A stretch of 64,000 nucleotides of DNA, taken from contig NIVC01000356.1 of NCBI GenBank assembly GCA_002269645.1, positions 434,001 to 498,000 on the forward strand, in the 5' to 3' direction. Source of the DNA: Macrostomum lignano (taxonomy: Eukaryota). Under the pieces are notes generated by a model. That model was given only the letters and a program-made list of their open reading frames with translations, made no database searches and was not told the origin of the DNA. The position numbers and the translations under genes are program-made. Below are positions 11,342 to 24,637 of the stretch, piece after piece. Positions within the stretch are counted from its first letter, which is position 1, and each line of letters starts with the position of its first letter.

Positions 11342-14300
11342 GGCGTGATCTCGCCGCTGTCGTCTGAATGGCGAGTTTCTGAAAGTCGAAAAAAACAAAA
11401 AAAAAGAATCAACAAAGGAACAAGTCAATTTGAAGTTTCCAGGATAAAAAATTTCAAACAATCCCGGATGTTTTGTAGCTTATAAAAACTTGCATATCCG
11501 GAAAATCTGAATCAAGGATGTTACAGAAAAACAATTTTCAAAGGCATATATTTGACAATATACGCGTGTAGTTTTTATATTCAAATTACACGTTAACACA
11601 GCTGTAGCATTCCACTTCAATTAAAATTGAAGACTATAAAAAATGTTGGAGCCGCTAATCTAAAGTGGTATAACTACTACGTACTTTTAAATTTATGTCT
11701 TTGTCCATCTGCACGAGAAAAAGATTGGTCACTGAACTTACCCAAAGTCAAAAAATGGATCAGACTCGAACTCTCTGAATGCACTGCTAAACATTTTGAA
11801 GCTAGCGGATGTTTTAATTTAGTGTGCGCTTATTGCTTTGAGAAGCTTACGAGAGGCAGAGTTTCAGCTTGCGTTGTGTTTGCTTACAGCGGGCATATCT
11901 TCGGAGCGGGCTACACAAAGTGCTTAAATATGCAAACTATTATTGTCCAGAGAAGAAAAGAAGTTTCTAGAATATTCTTTAAAGTAAAAAAATTAGCTGA
12001 AAGATACTTAAAGTACTATTTTAATGAATAAATATTTCTAATTTTTTATAATTTAACGTATAAAATTACAAAAAACAAAAACGCTTTTTTAGTTTGTTAT
12101 AATGTGCATAGAAATAATTTAAAATGAATATATTCAACGAATTGGTAACAAATGTATTCATGCTTACCACGTGCACAGAAATAAAACTGTACTATTGCCT
12201 ATATTTTTTTTTAAATACTGTATTGCTGCTTTATTAGAATATTAAATATGATAACATAAATACAAATAGCTGTTTTTGGGAATTATTTTCGAAAAAACTT
12301 TCGACTTTTTTTATTTAAACGAAGATTTTTACATTTTTGTGGGTCATTTGAGCTCAGTGTATACATTGAGTAAATCAATAAGTCCTGGCAAACTACATGT
12401 AATGTTTCAAGTCGTACATCTGCATAAATATGCTTGAAATGATGTATGGTCAAAAATATAAGTATGGCTTAACTTTACAAAACTTACTTTACACCTAACC
12501 TAATACATATTTTTTGTAAAATAAATTTGCTTTGTAATATTTTCTCAAATTTAGAACTTGAATCATGTCTAACTATATTATTCCTTTTTAGCGATTTATA
12601 CTGTTTTAAAGTGATAAAACTGTTCTGAGTACTATATTAAAACAAAAAATTTACAAAAGAATGGCACTCTTATTGCCATTTAAAAAGGCTTGGTTGAAAA
12701 ACTTAACTATTACCTATTTTATTAAGTGTCTATTTCTGAGATTTTAAATGCCTATCTAGAGCAAACTGTCTTCTGCAGATGAATTAGTGCAAAGCCTAAT
12801 TATAGTGATAATGCATATATAAGTGTAGTACGAATTGATAAGCTTTAATTAATATAATAGTAAAAATAATTTTAAGCAATTCACATAGTTATGTATATGT
12901 ATATATGTATTATGTATTTGTAATAGGGCAGTTTTTAGGAACGGGAATTAATGCAGGTTTAAATGTGCTTTTGCCTACTATCAGTAGTTTCAACCCGGGG
13001 AAATAATTAGAGCAGGTGTAAGTGGCTAAAATCGGGGTTCCTTTAGAACTACAGAGCAGTTGGGCTCTTGGGAAAGAAAACCGTTTGGAGTGTCTTCTCC
13101 TGTCCTCGAACAGTTAAACTTAGAATTCACGAAGGAAGTGGTAAGATGGGAAAAATTAAAGGAAATATAATTTAGGCTTGCACAGAGGAGTCTTGCCTCT
13201 AATATTGGGAATCTTGCCCAACGCACAACGGGAATAAAACTAGGAACTAATGTAAAATAACCTTTTGTACGCATTTCTTTTATTATTAAATATTTCCAAA
13301 CTGTTAAACTATAATCTTTGGTGTCCTGACTCACTTATTTAATCTAAGTACTAGAATTAGGGAAAGCAGGAAACCTGGTGGCAGCGAACTACCGAAATCT
13401 CAACCAGTAAAATCCACTAGTAATAAAATCCTTAGCAAATAGAAACCAGTAGCTTATCCGCGAGGTACACGGCTTGTCCATATTATATATATGTATTATT
13501 GTATATTCCTGCACTGACATGCGCTTACGCTAACCACATTTTGCTTCCACCGTTATTGACATTAAAGATAGTGTAAATATGCAATAAGAAATAAAGTATA
13601 ACACCAGAGACTTGCTCGTTTTTAAGTACCAACTACAGATTTCGGAATGAAATTTCTAGGTTGCTGTAACTGACTTAAAAGTTTTGCTAGATAAATTCTT
13701 TATATTTGAATTTGCTGACTAATACTTAGCTTACTTTACATGTAAATTTATAAAAATGATATATACGGGAAGACAGCAGCTTAGGCCTACTGCAATAAAT
13801 CATCAGGATTAGCATCATTATGACAAAGCATTGTTGTATTGCACCATTGGATAATTTGGATAGAAAACACAACCGCTAATTATTGCTATCAACTAATTGG
13901 ACAAAACAACTAGAGTTAGCTACTAAAAGTAGGATATAGCTAGAATAAAATAATAAAAATGGCTATTTGCTGGAACGCACTAGACAATAATAAATAATAC
14001 CTTACTGCTAGAACAGCAAAAATATCGAACTCACTACTTAGTAATAAAAATAGAGTTCAGAGAAACGCAAATTCATATTATTAAGTTTGGCGCATGAAAC
14101 TCTCAGTGGCAAATAGATATGGAATAACATCGATTGAATGCCAGAAGACTCGGAAGCGCTAATTTTAAATTTCTACACAAACCGGAAATGAAATCAAACT
14201 ATAAATTTCATAATTAATATACTATAAAATTTGTTACAGCGTGCAGTGCCAACAGATAAAAAAGTTTTCTAAATTGTGACATTTCCTACAATAGCAATAA

Positions 14301-14718
14301 GGGACCCCAAGAAAAATGTTCAAAATATTGTTGGATGATACAAATCCAGTTTTGACTGTACCATGTCCATACGGTTGAAATTGATCCCAAAAGAGCGTCA
14401 TTAGCAACAGAACTTTCGTTACCATAGATCACTCCGGAAAGTACATAATTATTTGATTTCCGGTGTTGATTTTAAATTCTGACCCCAGATTTCTGACTTT
14501 GTTGGACTGGCCTTCACCCAGGCAGAGCTTCTGCACATTCAGCAGGTGGCAACAGGTGGCAACAGGCACTATGGACACCCTGTTGTGAATTTCTCTAGTT
14601 CCGCTTATCAAGCCTCGACAGTGGGCGAACCTTAACTGCTGGACTCTCAAGTCGGTGACCAACGGAGTCAGAGCTGATGCAGACACATGTGGTAGACGAC
14701 GTGCTGATGAAATTTGGG

Positions 14719-14875
14719 GCTTGGGCGCAACCTAGGTATTAACCCAGCCGTTTCTATTGGCAACACACATTTGACTGCTCTAAGCCAATAGCGACTTACA
14801 TGTGTGTGTGTGTGTGTGGTGTGTGTGTGTTGCCAATAGAAACGGCCGGGTGATTCCCAAGGTTGCGCATGTATG
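14719..14875 (-). mobile_element. Third copy of the 172-bp hAT-type MITE (inverted, partly deleted, GT-expanded)
   Basis: gcttgggcgcaacc...gccgtttctattggcaacacac...gttgccaatagaaacggccgggtgattcccaaggttgcgcatgtatg. One end is degraded and no TSD is visible. Confidence 0.8.
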
Positions 14876-15087
14876 ACTATTGAATACGATACGACTTGAT
14901 TGCGCTGACGACTTTATTCTTGTTTGAGAAGGTGCGCAACAAAATGTTTGTCCCTTGGTAGTTCGACGGGCGGAAAAATGGCTTGGAATTTCTGCTAATT
15001 CCCTAATGTCAAAAGCATGAGCGCTGCAAATAAGAGCGCCCCCGTTCCAGGTCTAACATAAATCGTTCACAATGCGTCGTTCAACTC

Positions 15088-18000
15088 TCAGCCAAGCGTG
15101 ATCCAAACTTGATCGTCGCTAACAAAGCTCTGCTCGGACAGAGTCCTGGGCACCGAGTCGCTCTCGTACACGGACTCGTGCTTAGCCAGAATGCGCAGCA
15201 GCGGGCGCAGACGGAGCCACCATTGCGTGTCGGCGCGGGGCATCCGCAGCTTGAAGTCGGTGACTGGCAGCAGCTCGCTGAGGGGCCGGATGGCCGTGCC
15301 GCGCCGCGTGATGCCGATGATGCCGGCCCTGGCCAGGTGCGAGTCCACCGACAGGCTGTCGATGTCGTCGCCGCAATCGGCTGCGTCTCCGACGGCTTCT
15401 CCATCTGTGGAGTTATTGGTAGCCGCCGCAGTTGCCGCGCTGTGCGCGCGCAGAAACCAATCGGCGCTTTTGACGCCGAACTTTGTGGCCAAGTTGCGGT
15501 CGTAGGGCGATGGCGTGCCGCCTGTCGGGGTTATTTGGGGTCTTTGGCGTCTGGCTGTTTGCCTGCCTGCCTGTCTGTCTGCCTGCCTGGTTTACTGTGT
15601 CCTAGTGTCTGTCTGTTTGACCGCCTGCCTGTCTGTTTTAGTGTCTTAGTGTCTGTTTACCCCTTTGTCTGCCTGCTTGCCTGTCTGTTTTAGTGTCTTA
15701 GTGTTGTCTGTCTGCCTATCTGCCTGCCTGTCTGTTTTAATGTGTGTCTTAGTGTCAGTGTCTGTCTGTCTGTCTGCCTATCTGCCTGCCTGCCTGTTTA
15801 GTGTGTCTTAGTGTCAGTGTCTGTCTGTCTGTCTGCCTATCTGCCTGCCTGTCTGTTTAGTGTGTCTTAGTGTCAGTGTCTGTCTGTCTGTCTGCCTATC
15901 TGCCTGCCTGCCTGTTTAGTGTGTCTTAGTGTCAGTGTCTGTCTGTCTGTCTGCCTATCTGCCTGCCTGTCTGTTTAGTGTGTCTTAGTGTCAGTGTCTG
16001 TCTGTCTGTCTGCCTATCTGCCTGCCTGCCTGTTTAGTGTGTCTTAGTGTCTGTCTGTCTGACTGCCTGTCTGCCATCTGTTTTAGTGTGTGTCTTAGTG
16101 TCCGTCTGTCTGACTGCCTGCCTGTCTGTTTAGTGTGTCTTAGTGTCCGTCTGTCTGACTGCATGTCTGTCTGTTTTAGTGTCTTAGTGTCTGTCTGCTT
16201 GCCCGGCTGCCTGCCCAGTCGCATTCCAGTTTTATGCTTGGTCAGCTGTGGTCAGAGGATTCAATTCCTTTTCGGTGTCATTAAAACACGCTATTTACAT
16301 GTAAAGTGAATATAATAAAGATAACAAATAAAATTTTTGCTGTGTTTTGTTCGTGTAGATTAGCTTTTTTTTAACTGACGCGCAATAGTCAACAGCCTCT
16401 TCACTCAGTCAAACTATACTGTTTTGCGTTGGTCTAGACAGGGTCTGGGGGTTAATTCCACATTGACTCAACTATTTCCAGTTGTCTCCAACAAACACTG
16501 GGTTAGCTGTCAAAACTAGCATTAGCAAAGTTCAGGGTCCAGCGATTTACTAGGCGTCAACTCAACAGAGGCTTATGCAGACACGCAGTGAATTGTGGAG
16601 GTTTGGGTCTTATCGAAGTTTCTGCACTGCAAGTTTAATTTGCTGACCTCTCTATGAACTCGCCAAATAAAATTTGTTGACTAGCTGTTCGGTCGTATTG
16701 CACTGCGTAGGACAGCCAGTAATGAGTGGCACAGTTAGCAGTTGCTGCTTTTATCTCGTATTTCTGATTAAAGCATGATTTGTTGCAGCCTTTAATCTGC
16801 TGCTTACCGAATTTTTTATCTGATGTTTTCTGCTCCCTGTTCAGGGTAATCGGAAGATTTCTGAAAGATGGCTATGGGATTGTTCAGGGGTGGCCATGGG
16901 AACCTTTAGGGTAGCCATGGGATACTTCAGGCTAGCCATGGGATCCTTCAGGGACCAGGGTGGCCATGTGATCCTTCAGACTAGCCATGGGATCCCTCAG
17001 GCTAGCCATGGGATCCTTCAGGGTAGCCATGTGATCCTTCAGGGTAGCTATGTGATCCTTCAGGGTGGCCATGGGATCCTTCAGGGTAGCCATGGGATAT
17101 AGTTTTTTTATCCTTCAGGGTGGCCATAGGATCTTTCAGGGTGGCCATTGATCCTTTAGGGTGGCCATGGATCCTTCAGGGTGGCCATGGATCCTTCAGG
17201 GTGGCCATGGGATCTTTGGTGTGGCCATGAGATCTTTCAGGGTGGCCATGGGATCCTTCAGGAGTGGCTATGGCATTCTATGGTTGGCCATGAGATTGTT
17301 CAGATGTTAATTAATGAACAAAGAGGTGTGTTAGGTAATGTGTTAATAGCACAGAGGCGCGGCTCCACTCACCCTGCTGCATGTGTCCCAGCACATTGGA
17401 TCGGCAGTCAAACACGCCTTTGCCCTCCTCTTTGAACACCCGATAGACAAAGTCGGTGCTGTAATTCTCATTGGCATTCTCGTTGCGCAGAATCAGTCCA
17501 ATCTGCTGGGCGCTGCCGTCGGCCATTTTCTTTTTAAGATGCCGGACATCGTCGAGCAGCACGGAGAGGTCGAATTTGTCCTCGGTGATGTAGGCGGCGT
17601 CAGCTCCGCCGGCCAGTCCGGCCAGGGTGGCCAAATAGCCGCAGTTGCCGCCCATGGTTTCCACAACAAACACCCGACGCTGGGTGCCAACGGCCGACTG
17701 TTTGAGCTTGTCGATTATTTGAGCAATCTCGTTCAGAGCGGTGTCGGCCCCGATTGAAAAGTCCGTGCCAGGCACATTGTTGGAGATGGTGCAGGGCGCC
17801 AGCAGCAGGGGTATGCCGAAGACCGGGTAGGTCAAACGGCTCTCGTGCAGCTGCACCATGGAGGTGTAGGCTTCGAATCCGCCGATTAGTAGGATGCCGC
17901 TTAGGTTGCCGACTTTGGCTAGCGCGTCGGAGATCTGATTGGCCATTGAAAGTCGGAAAATCAGCCGTTCAGAGTCAGGCAATGAGCCGTTGAGAGTCAG

Positions 18001-21000
18001 ACAGAGAGTTGCTGACAGTCAAGAAATCAGCCATTGAGAGTCAGACAGAGAGCTGCTGACAGTCAAGAAACGAGCCGTTGAGAGTCAGACAGAGAGCTGC
18101 TGACAGTCAAGAAACGAGCCGTTGAGAGTCAGACAGTGAGTTGCTGACAGTCAAGAAATGAGCCGTTGAGAGTCAGACAGTGAGTTGCTGACAGTCAAGA
18201 AATGAGCCATTGAGAGTCAGACAGAGAGCTGCTGACAGTCAAGAAACGAGCCGTTGAGAGTCAGACAGAGAGCTGCTGACAGTCAAGAAACGAGCCGTTG
18301 AGAGTCAGACAGAGAGCTGCTGACAGTCAAGAAATGAGCCGTTGAGAGTCAGACAGAGAGCTGCTGACAGTCAAGAAACGAGCCGTTGAGAGTCAGACAG
18401 AGAGCTGCTGACAGTCAAGAAATGAGCCGTTGAGAGTCAGACAGAGCTGCTGACAGTCAAGAAACGAGCCGTTGAGAGTCAGACAGAGAGCTGCTGACAG
18501 TCAAGAAACGAGCCGTTGAGAGTCAGACAGAGAGCTGCTGACAGTCAAGAAATGAGCCGTTGAGAGTCAGACAGAGAGTTGCTGACAGTCAAGAAACGAG
18601 CCATTGAGAGTCAGACAGAGAGCTGCTGACAGTCAAGAAATGAGCCGTTGAGAGTCAGACAGAGCTGCTGACAGTCAAGAAATGAGCCGTTGAGAGTCAG
18701 ACAGTGAGTTGCTGACAGTCAAGAAATGAGCCGTTGAGAGTCAGACAGAGAGCTGCTGACAGTCAAGAAATGAGCCGTTGAGAGTCAGACAGAGAGCTGC
18801 TGACAGTCAAGAAACGAGCCGTTGAGAGTCAGACAGAGAGCTGCTGACAGTCAAGAAACGAGCCGTTGAGAGTCAGACAGAGAGTTGCTGACAGTCAAGA
18901 AATGAGCCGTTGAGTCAGACAGAGAGCTGCTGACAGTCAAGAAACGAGCCGTTGAGAGTCAGACAGAGAGCTGCTGAGAGTCAAGAAATGAGCCGTTGAG
19001 AGTCAGACAGAGCTGCTGACAGTCAAGAAATGAGCCGTTGAGAGTCAGACAGAGAGTTGCTGACAGTCAAGAAATGAGCCGTTGAGAGTCAGACAGTGAG
19101 TTGCTGACAGTCAAGAAATGAGCCGTTGAGAGTCAGACAGTGAGTTGCTGACGGTCAAGAAATGAGCCGTTGAGAGTCAGACAGAGAGCTGCTGACAGTC
19201 AAGAAACGAGCCGTTGAGAGTCAGACAGAGAGCTGCTGACAGTCAAGAAACGAGCCGTTGAGAGTCAGACAGAGAGCTGCTGACAGTCAAGAAATGAGCC
19301 GTTGAGAGTCAGACAGAGAGCTGCTGACAGTCAAGAAATGAGCCGTTGAGAGTCAGACAGAGAGCTGCTGACAGTCAAGAAACGAGCCGTTGAGAGTCAG
19401 ACAGAGAGCTGCTGACAGTCAAGAAACGAGCCGTTGAGAGTCAGACAGAGAGTTGCTGACAGTCAAGAAATGAGCCGTTGAGAGTCAGACAGAGAACTGC
19501 TGACAGTCAAGAAATGAGGCGTTGAGAGTCAAACAGAGAGTTGCTGACAGTCAAGAAACGAGCCGTTGAGAGTCAGACAGAGAGTTGCTGACAGTCAAGA
19601 AACGAGCCGTTGAGAGTCAGACAGAGAGCTGCTGACAGTCAAGAAACGAGCCGTTGAGAGTCAGACAGAGAGTTGCTGACAGTCAAGAAACGAGCCGTTG
19701 AGAGTCAGACAGAGAGCTGCTGACAGTCAAGAAACGAGCCGTTGAGAGTCAGACAGTGAGCCTCAGAGAGACGGCAGGTGGATTTGAAATTATGACTGCG
19801 TGAGATAAGCACTATGAAACCAAGGCCATACAGGATACTTTAACTGATTATCAGCCCACCTTGTCCAGTCCAACTTCCGCTGCCGTGGCCCGCTTGGTGC
19901 CAAGAAAGCTGCCCCCAGTGGCTGTCAGGCCGGTCACGCACTCCCAGGTTAATTGGCGAATATTGCCCCGGGCCAAGCCTTCAAAGCTGCCGTTGACGCC
20001 GAGCACGCGGAAGCCGTTGCTAATGCCGGTGCGCACGAACGAGCGAATGCAGGCGTTGGCGCCGCAGGCGGGGGCTCCAACCATCACTACTAACAGAGTT
20101 GGGGAGGCCGTCCGGGACTGCAGACTGGCCGCGGGTGAGTGCAGCTTCTTTAGTGTCCGGTAGGTGATGAGGTTATTCTGGAACGACTTGCCGCGCAGCT
20201 CAACGGACCTGCACATTTTAGAGAAGGTTATTGCTTTGTTGCTGACGAAATCGGCAAGTAGAACTCAATAATAATTTGCTGCCCTCAAGTTACTCAAGGG
20301 GGGAGGAGCTTCATAAGACAGAAATTTCACAACGCCGAAAATTATGCATGGTCCTTGTTATATTGTTTTCTACGATATGAACTTTCGGTCTTAAAAAGGG
20401 CCTTGCATATTAAGTTTTCGATAATGTGAAATTTCGGTCTTATGAAGGACCATGCAGTAGTTATCAGCGTTGTGAAACTTTGGTCTTATAAAAGCGACCC
20501 ACTCAAAGCACTCTCTCGGAAGTTCTCATCTGATCCCCAGCATCCATTAAGGTCCTTAAATGACCCTTGAAACATCCACTCCGGATTCTCAAATCACCTT
20601 GAAACACCCACTCGGGATTCTCAAATCACCTTGAAACACCCACTCGGGATTCTCAAATGACCTTGAAACACCCACTCGGGAATTTCAAATGACCTTGAAA
20701 CACCCACTCGGGATTCTTAAATGACCTTGAAACACCCACTCAGGATTCTGCAATGACTTAAAAGCATTGGTTTTTGTAACATCTAAAACTCTAAAACACA
20801 CCTGGCATACTCCTTAGCCATGATAGCCTCATTAACCGCCTTAGTTCGCTGAACGCAGTCCATGAGGTTCAGCCGCACAGCCTGATTGGCCTCCAAACTG
20901 ACAACGGTTGACGGCAAGTCGGGATCTGCGCGGGCGTCAACCAACGCCAGGACGGCTTCAGCAGCCATCCGGCAGCCCAGCAGGCGATCGAAAGCCGACG

Positions 21001-24000
21001 GCGCGCCGCCGCGCTGCACGTGGCCGAGCACGGTGATCCGGGTGTCGTAGTTTAGGCGCTGCACAATGGCGTCGCGAACCGAAGCGGCGCTAATCGGCGA
21101 ACCTTCCTTATCGATGGCGCCCTCGGCCACGATTACAATGTTGAGCCGCTTGCCGCCCTGAGTGCGAGCCTGCGGGGTGGAAGGTCGGTGTGAACACACG
21201 CGGGCGACTGGGTATTGGGCCTGACACACTGTAACCCATCAGCTGCTAGCACAAGACCTGACCTGACTCACCACTAAGGTAATTAACCAGATAAGCTGAT
21301 CACCAACCAGCTGATCTGATTCACCAAGGCAATTAACCAGCCGACCTGACCCACTAAGGCAATTAACCAGCTGACCTGACCCACCAAGGCAATTAACCAG
21401 CCGACCTGATCCACTAAGGCAATTAACCAGCTGACCTGACCCACCAAGGCAATTAACCAGCTGACCTGACCCACCAAGGCAATTAACCAGCTGACCTGAC
21501 TCACCAAAGCAATTAACCAGCTGACCTGACCCACCAAGGCAATTAATCAGCTGACCTGACCCACCAAGGCAATTAACCAGCTGACCTGACCCACCAAAGC
21601 AATTAATTAGCTGACCTGACCCACCAAGGCAATTAACCAGCTGACCTGACCCACCAAGGCAATTCACCAGCTGACCTGACCCACCAAGGCAATTAACCAG
21701 CTGACCTAACCCATCAAGGCAATTAACCAGCTGACCTGACCTAACCAAAGCAATTAATCAGCTGACCTGACCCACCAAGGCAATTAACCAGCTGACCTGA
21801 CCTAACCAAAGCAATTAATCAGCTGACCTGACCCACCAACAAGCTGACCTGACACACCAAGGCAATTATTCAGCTGACCTGACCTACCATTCACCAAGGC
21901 AATTAATCAGCTGACCTGACCCAACCAAGGCAATTAATCAGCTGACCTGACCCAACCAAGGCAATTAATCAGCTGACCTGACCCACCAAGGCAATTAACC
22001 AGCTGACCTGACCCACCAAGGCAATTAACCAGCTGACCTGACCCACCAACAAGCTGACCTGACACACCAAGGCAATTATTCAGCTGACCTGACCTACCAT
22101 TCACCAAGGCAATTAACCAGCTGACCTAACCCATCAAGGCAATTAACCAGCTGACCTGACCTAACCAAAGCAATTAATCAGCTGACCTGACCCACCAAGG
22201 CAATTAACCAGCTGACCTGACCCACCAACAAGCTGACCTGACACACCAAGGCAATTATTCAGCTGACCTGACCTACCATTCACCAAGGCAATTAATCAGC
22301 TGACCTGACCCAACCAAGGCAATTAATCAGCTGACCTGACCTAACCAAAGCAATTAATCAGCTGACCTGACCTACCATTCACCAAGGCAATTAATCAGCT
22401 GACCTGACCCAACCAAGGCAATTAATCAGCTGACCTGACCCAACCAAGGCAATTAATCAGCTGACCTGACCCACCAAGGCAATTAATCAGCTGATCTGAC
22501 CCACCAAGGCCGCAAACAAAGCAACCAACCTTGCTCAGATGGTTGCACATCACGTCGGGCCAATCGGGCGCCGGCGGCTCCTCCGGGATGAACAAGAAGT
22601 CAGCCTCGCAGCATAGGGCGGACACCAGCGCCAGGTAGCCGCAGTGCCGGCCCATCACCTCCATGACGAATGCCCGCTGATGGCTCTGAGCAGTTGTTAC
22701 AATGGCGTCGCAAGCCTCCATAATGCGATGCAGGGCGGAGTCTGTGCCAATAGTCATATCTGTGCCGCAGAAGTCGTTATCAATGGAGCCGACCATGCCA
22801 GCAATGTGCAGCAGGCCGTAGTCCATCCTCTGTCGCTCGGTGATGGCGCCGGACCTGTGCAGATCTTCTAGCAGAGCTGGCCACTCGCGTCGGAATAGGT
22901 CCGCGCCTGGAAGGCAAGAACGCGATGCACTTTATATTTTTGCACTCTTTAATTTAAATGTTTAGGCATTGATTTTTTATTTTAATGATACTCTGGATTT
23001 CTGGGAATCTGGAAATTCTGGGATTCTTGAATGTCCGGTGTTTAATTAAGCTTCCTGTGATCATGAGTGTCGGAGATTCGGGCTTCAACAATTAAAGAGG
23101 TTAGAACAAAGACTTTAGGAATTTCAGTAAGGGTATATTAAATATTTATAACTGTGGCGTTTGTGCCCCGGACATTATGAACTCTTAGTGTTTTGCGTAT
23201 GCACCTTCCCTTTGTCTGAATCACTGCGTGTCTGTCTGGTTCCAACATCTCTCTCTGTCTGTCTGTCCGTCTGCGTGTGATCACCCCATTGTCCGTATCT
23301 CTCTGTCTATGTGCGTCCCACTCATGCCTTCCCTCTACGAAGCTCGGGGCGTACCCACCCCAAATATACTTCCTTAAAGGTGCCTCCCACTCCGCTTGGG
23401 AAGGGCACATCTTTTCCGGTATCGCAATTCTCAGCTCAGCAGAGCAAACTAATTCGTGCAACAAGCCAGCCTTTGCCTTCAAAGTTATTACAATAACCTA
23501 AATGTTAGCATTTATAATTTTTGGGTAGTCTAACTTTAGATTCGGATTCTGATATAAAAGGAATAAGGAATTCAAGGACTGTGTTGAAGTTACTAGATAT
23601 GAACATCAGGATTTAAGCATCTAGAAGTTGACAAGCCGTAGAATCAAGATTAGAAAGTTTTGAATTTCCCTCACCTGTCAGCGAGCCGTCGCCTCCAATC
23701 ACCACCAGGTTATTAATACCGCGCCTAACTAAATTGCGAGCCGCTAAAAGGCGCCCTTCGCGCGTACGGAATCGCGCCGACCGAGCCGACCCGATAATGG
23801 TGCCGCCCAGCTGGGTCACATTGGACACCGAGGCCCACGTAGCTTCGCGGATTATCTCGCGGTTGAGCGGCGGCTCTCCGTCACCGATCATGCCCTGGGT
23901 GGGTAACGGCGAGAGCGACAAACTTATACTAGCTGAAGTTTTGACGATAGAATCAAGTTGTCGACGGCCAGACTACTTGCTAATGTCTATGGCCAGACTA

Positions 24001-24637
24001 CTTGCTAGTGTCTATGGCCAGACGATTTGCTAATGTCTATGGCCAGACTACTCACTAATGTCTATGGCCACACTATTTGCTAAGTCTATGGCCAGACTAC
24101 TTGCTAATGTCTATGGCCAGACGATTTGCTAATGTCTATGGCCAGACTACTTGCTAATGTCTATGGCCAGGCTACTTGCTAATGTCTATGGCCAGGCTAC
24201 TTGCTAATGTCTATGGCCAGGCTACTTGCTAATGTCTATGGCCAGGCTACTTGCTAATGTCTATGGCCAGGCTACTTGCTAATGTCTATGGCCAGGCTAC
24301 TTGCTAATGTCTATGGCCAGGCTACTTGCTAACGTCTAGGACCAGGCTACTTGCTTATGTCTAGGCTATGTTCCTTTTATATCTATGACTAGGCTGTGCC
24401 TATTTATGTCTACAGTTAGGCTATGGGCTTATTTCTATGACTAGGCTTTGTGCCTATTTCTATCCATTATGAGTAATTTGCCAAACAAATTACCTCGTAT
24501 CCTTCATAAACCAAATAGACTCGAAATCCGCAGTAGATGCCCATTCTAACTGTGGCTCGAATTGCCGGATTCATGCCCTGCGAGTCGCCGCCAGAAGTGA
24601 GCACAGCCAGGGCGGGACGTTCACCCTGCGGCAGCAT
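15088..24637 (-). CDS. PFK: ATP-dependent 6-phosphofructokinase, eukaryotic two-lobed type, ~817 aa, 7 coding exons
   Basis: Exons 24494-24637, 23675-23894, 22530-22906, 20802-21169, 19860-20208, 17373-17934, 15088-15521 total 2454 bp in frame. Motifs [94 protein letters not shown]. An acceptor at ~24660 suggests an unlocated upstream exon. Confidence 0.95.
15555..16215. repeat. CTGT/CTGC-based compound satellite with ~59-bp higher-order unit (last PFK intron)
   Basis: gtgtgtcttagtgtcagtgtctgtctgtctgtctgcctatctgcctgcc... recurs at 15801, 15860, 15919. Confidence 0.85.
16865..17260. repeat. 21-bp minisatellite (last PFK intron)
   Basis: Unit cttcagggtggccatgggatc, ~18 degenerate copies. Confidence 0.85.
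17960..19765. repeat. 44-bp minisatellite filling PFK intron 5
   Basis: Unit gagccgttgagagtcagacagagagctgctgacagtcaagaaa(c/t), ~40 highly similar copies. Confidence 0.95.
20560..20760. repeat. 32-bp minisatellite in PFK intron 4
   Basis: Unit ccttgaaacacccactcgggattctcaaat(c/g)a, ~6 copies. A MITE-like inverted repeat (cataagac.gaaa / tttcggtcttat) lies at ~20295-20500. Confidence 0.8.
21270..22510. repeat. 30-bp minisatellite filling PFK intron 3
   Basis: Unit caattaa(c/t)cagctgacctgacccaccaagg, ~40 copies. Confidence 0.95.
23968..24345. repeat. 25-bp minisatellite in PFK intron 1
   Basis: Unit tacttgctaatgtctatggccaggc, ~15 copies. Confidence 0.9.

Noticed and set aside
14470-14560. Exon-like + strand segment (ctgaccccag|ISDFVGLAFTQAELLHIQQ|gtggca)
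   Set aside because: No compatible partner exons; more likely PFK 3' flank.
15109-15693. Antisense and alternative-frame ORFs over PFK, MLF, NR and MEK exons
   Set aside because: Shadows of GC-rich coding exons; no independent motifs.
17960-22510. CRISPR-like regular arrays in PFK introns
   Set aside because: Units are head-to-tail with no unique spacers, no cas genes are present, and the context is eukaryotic introns.
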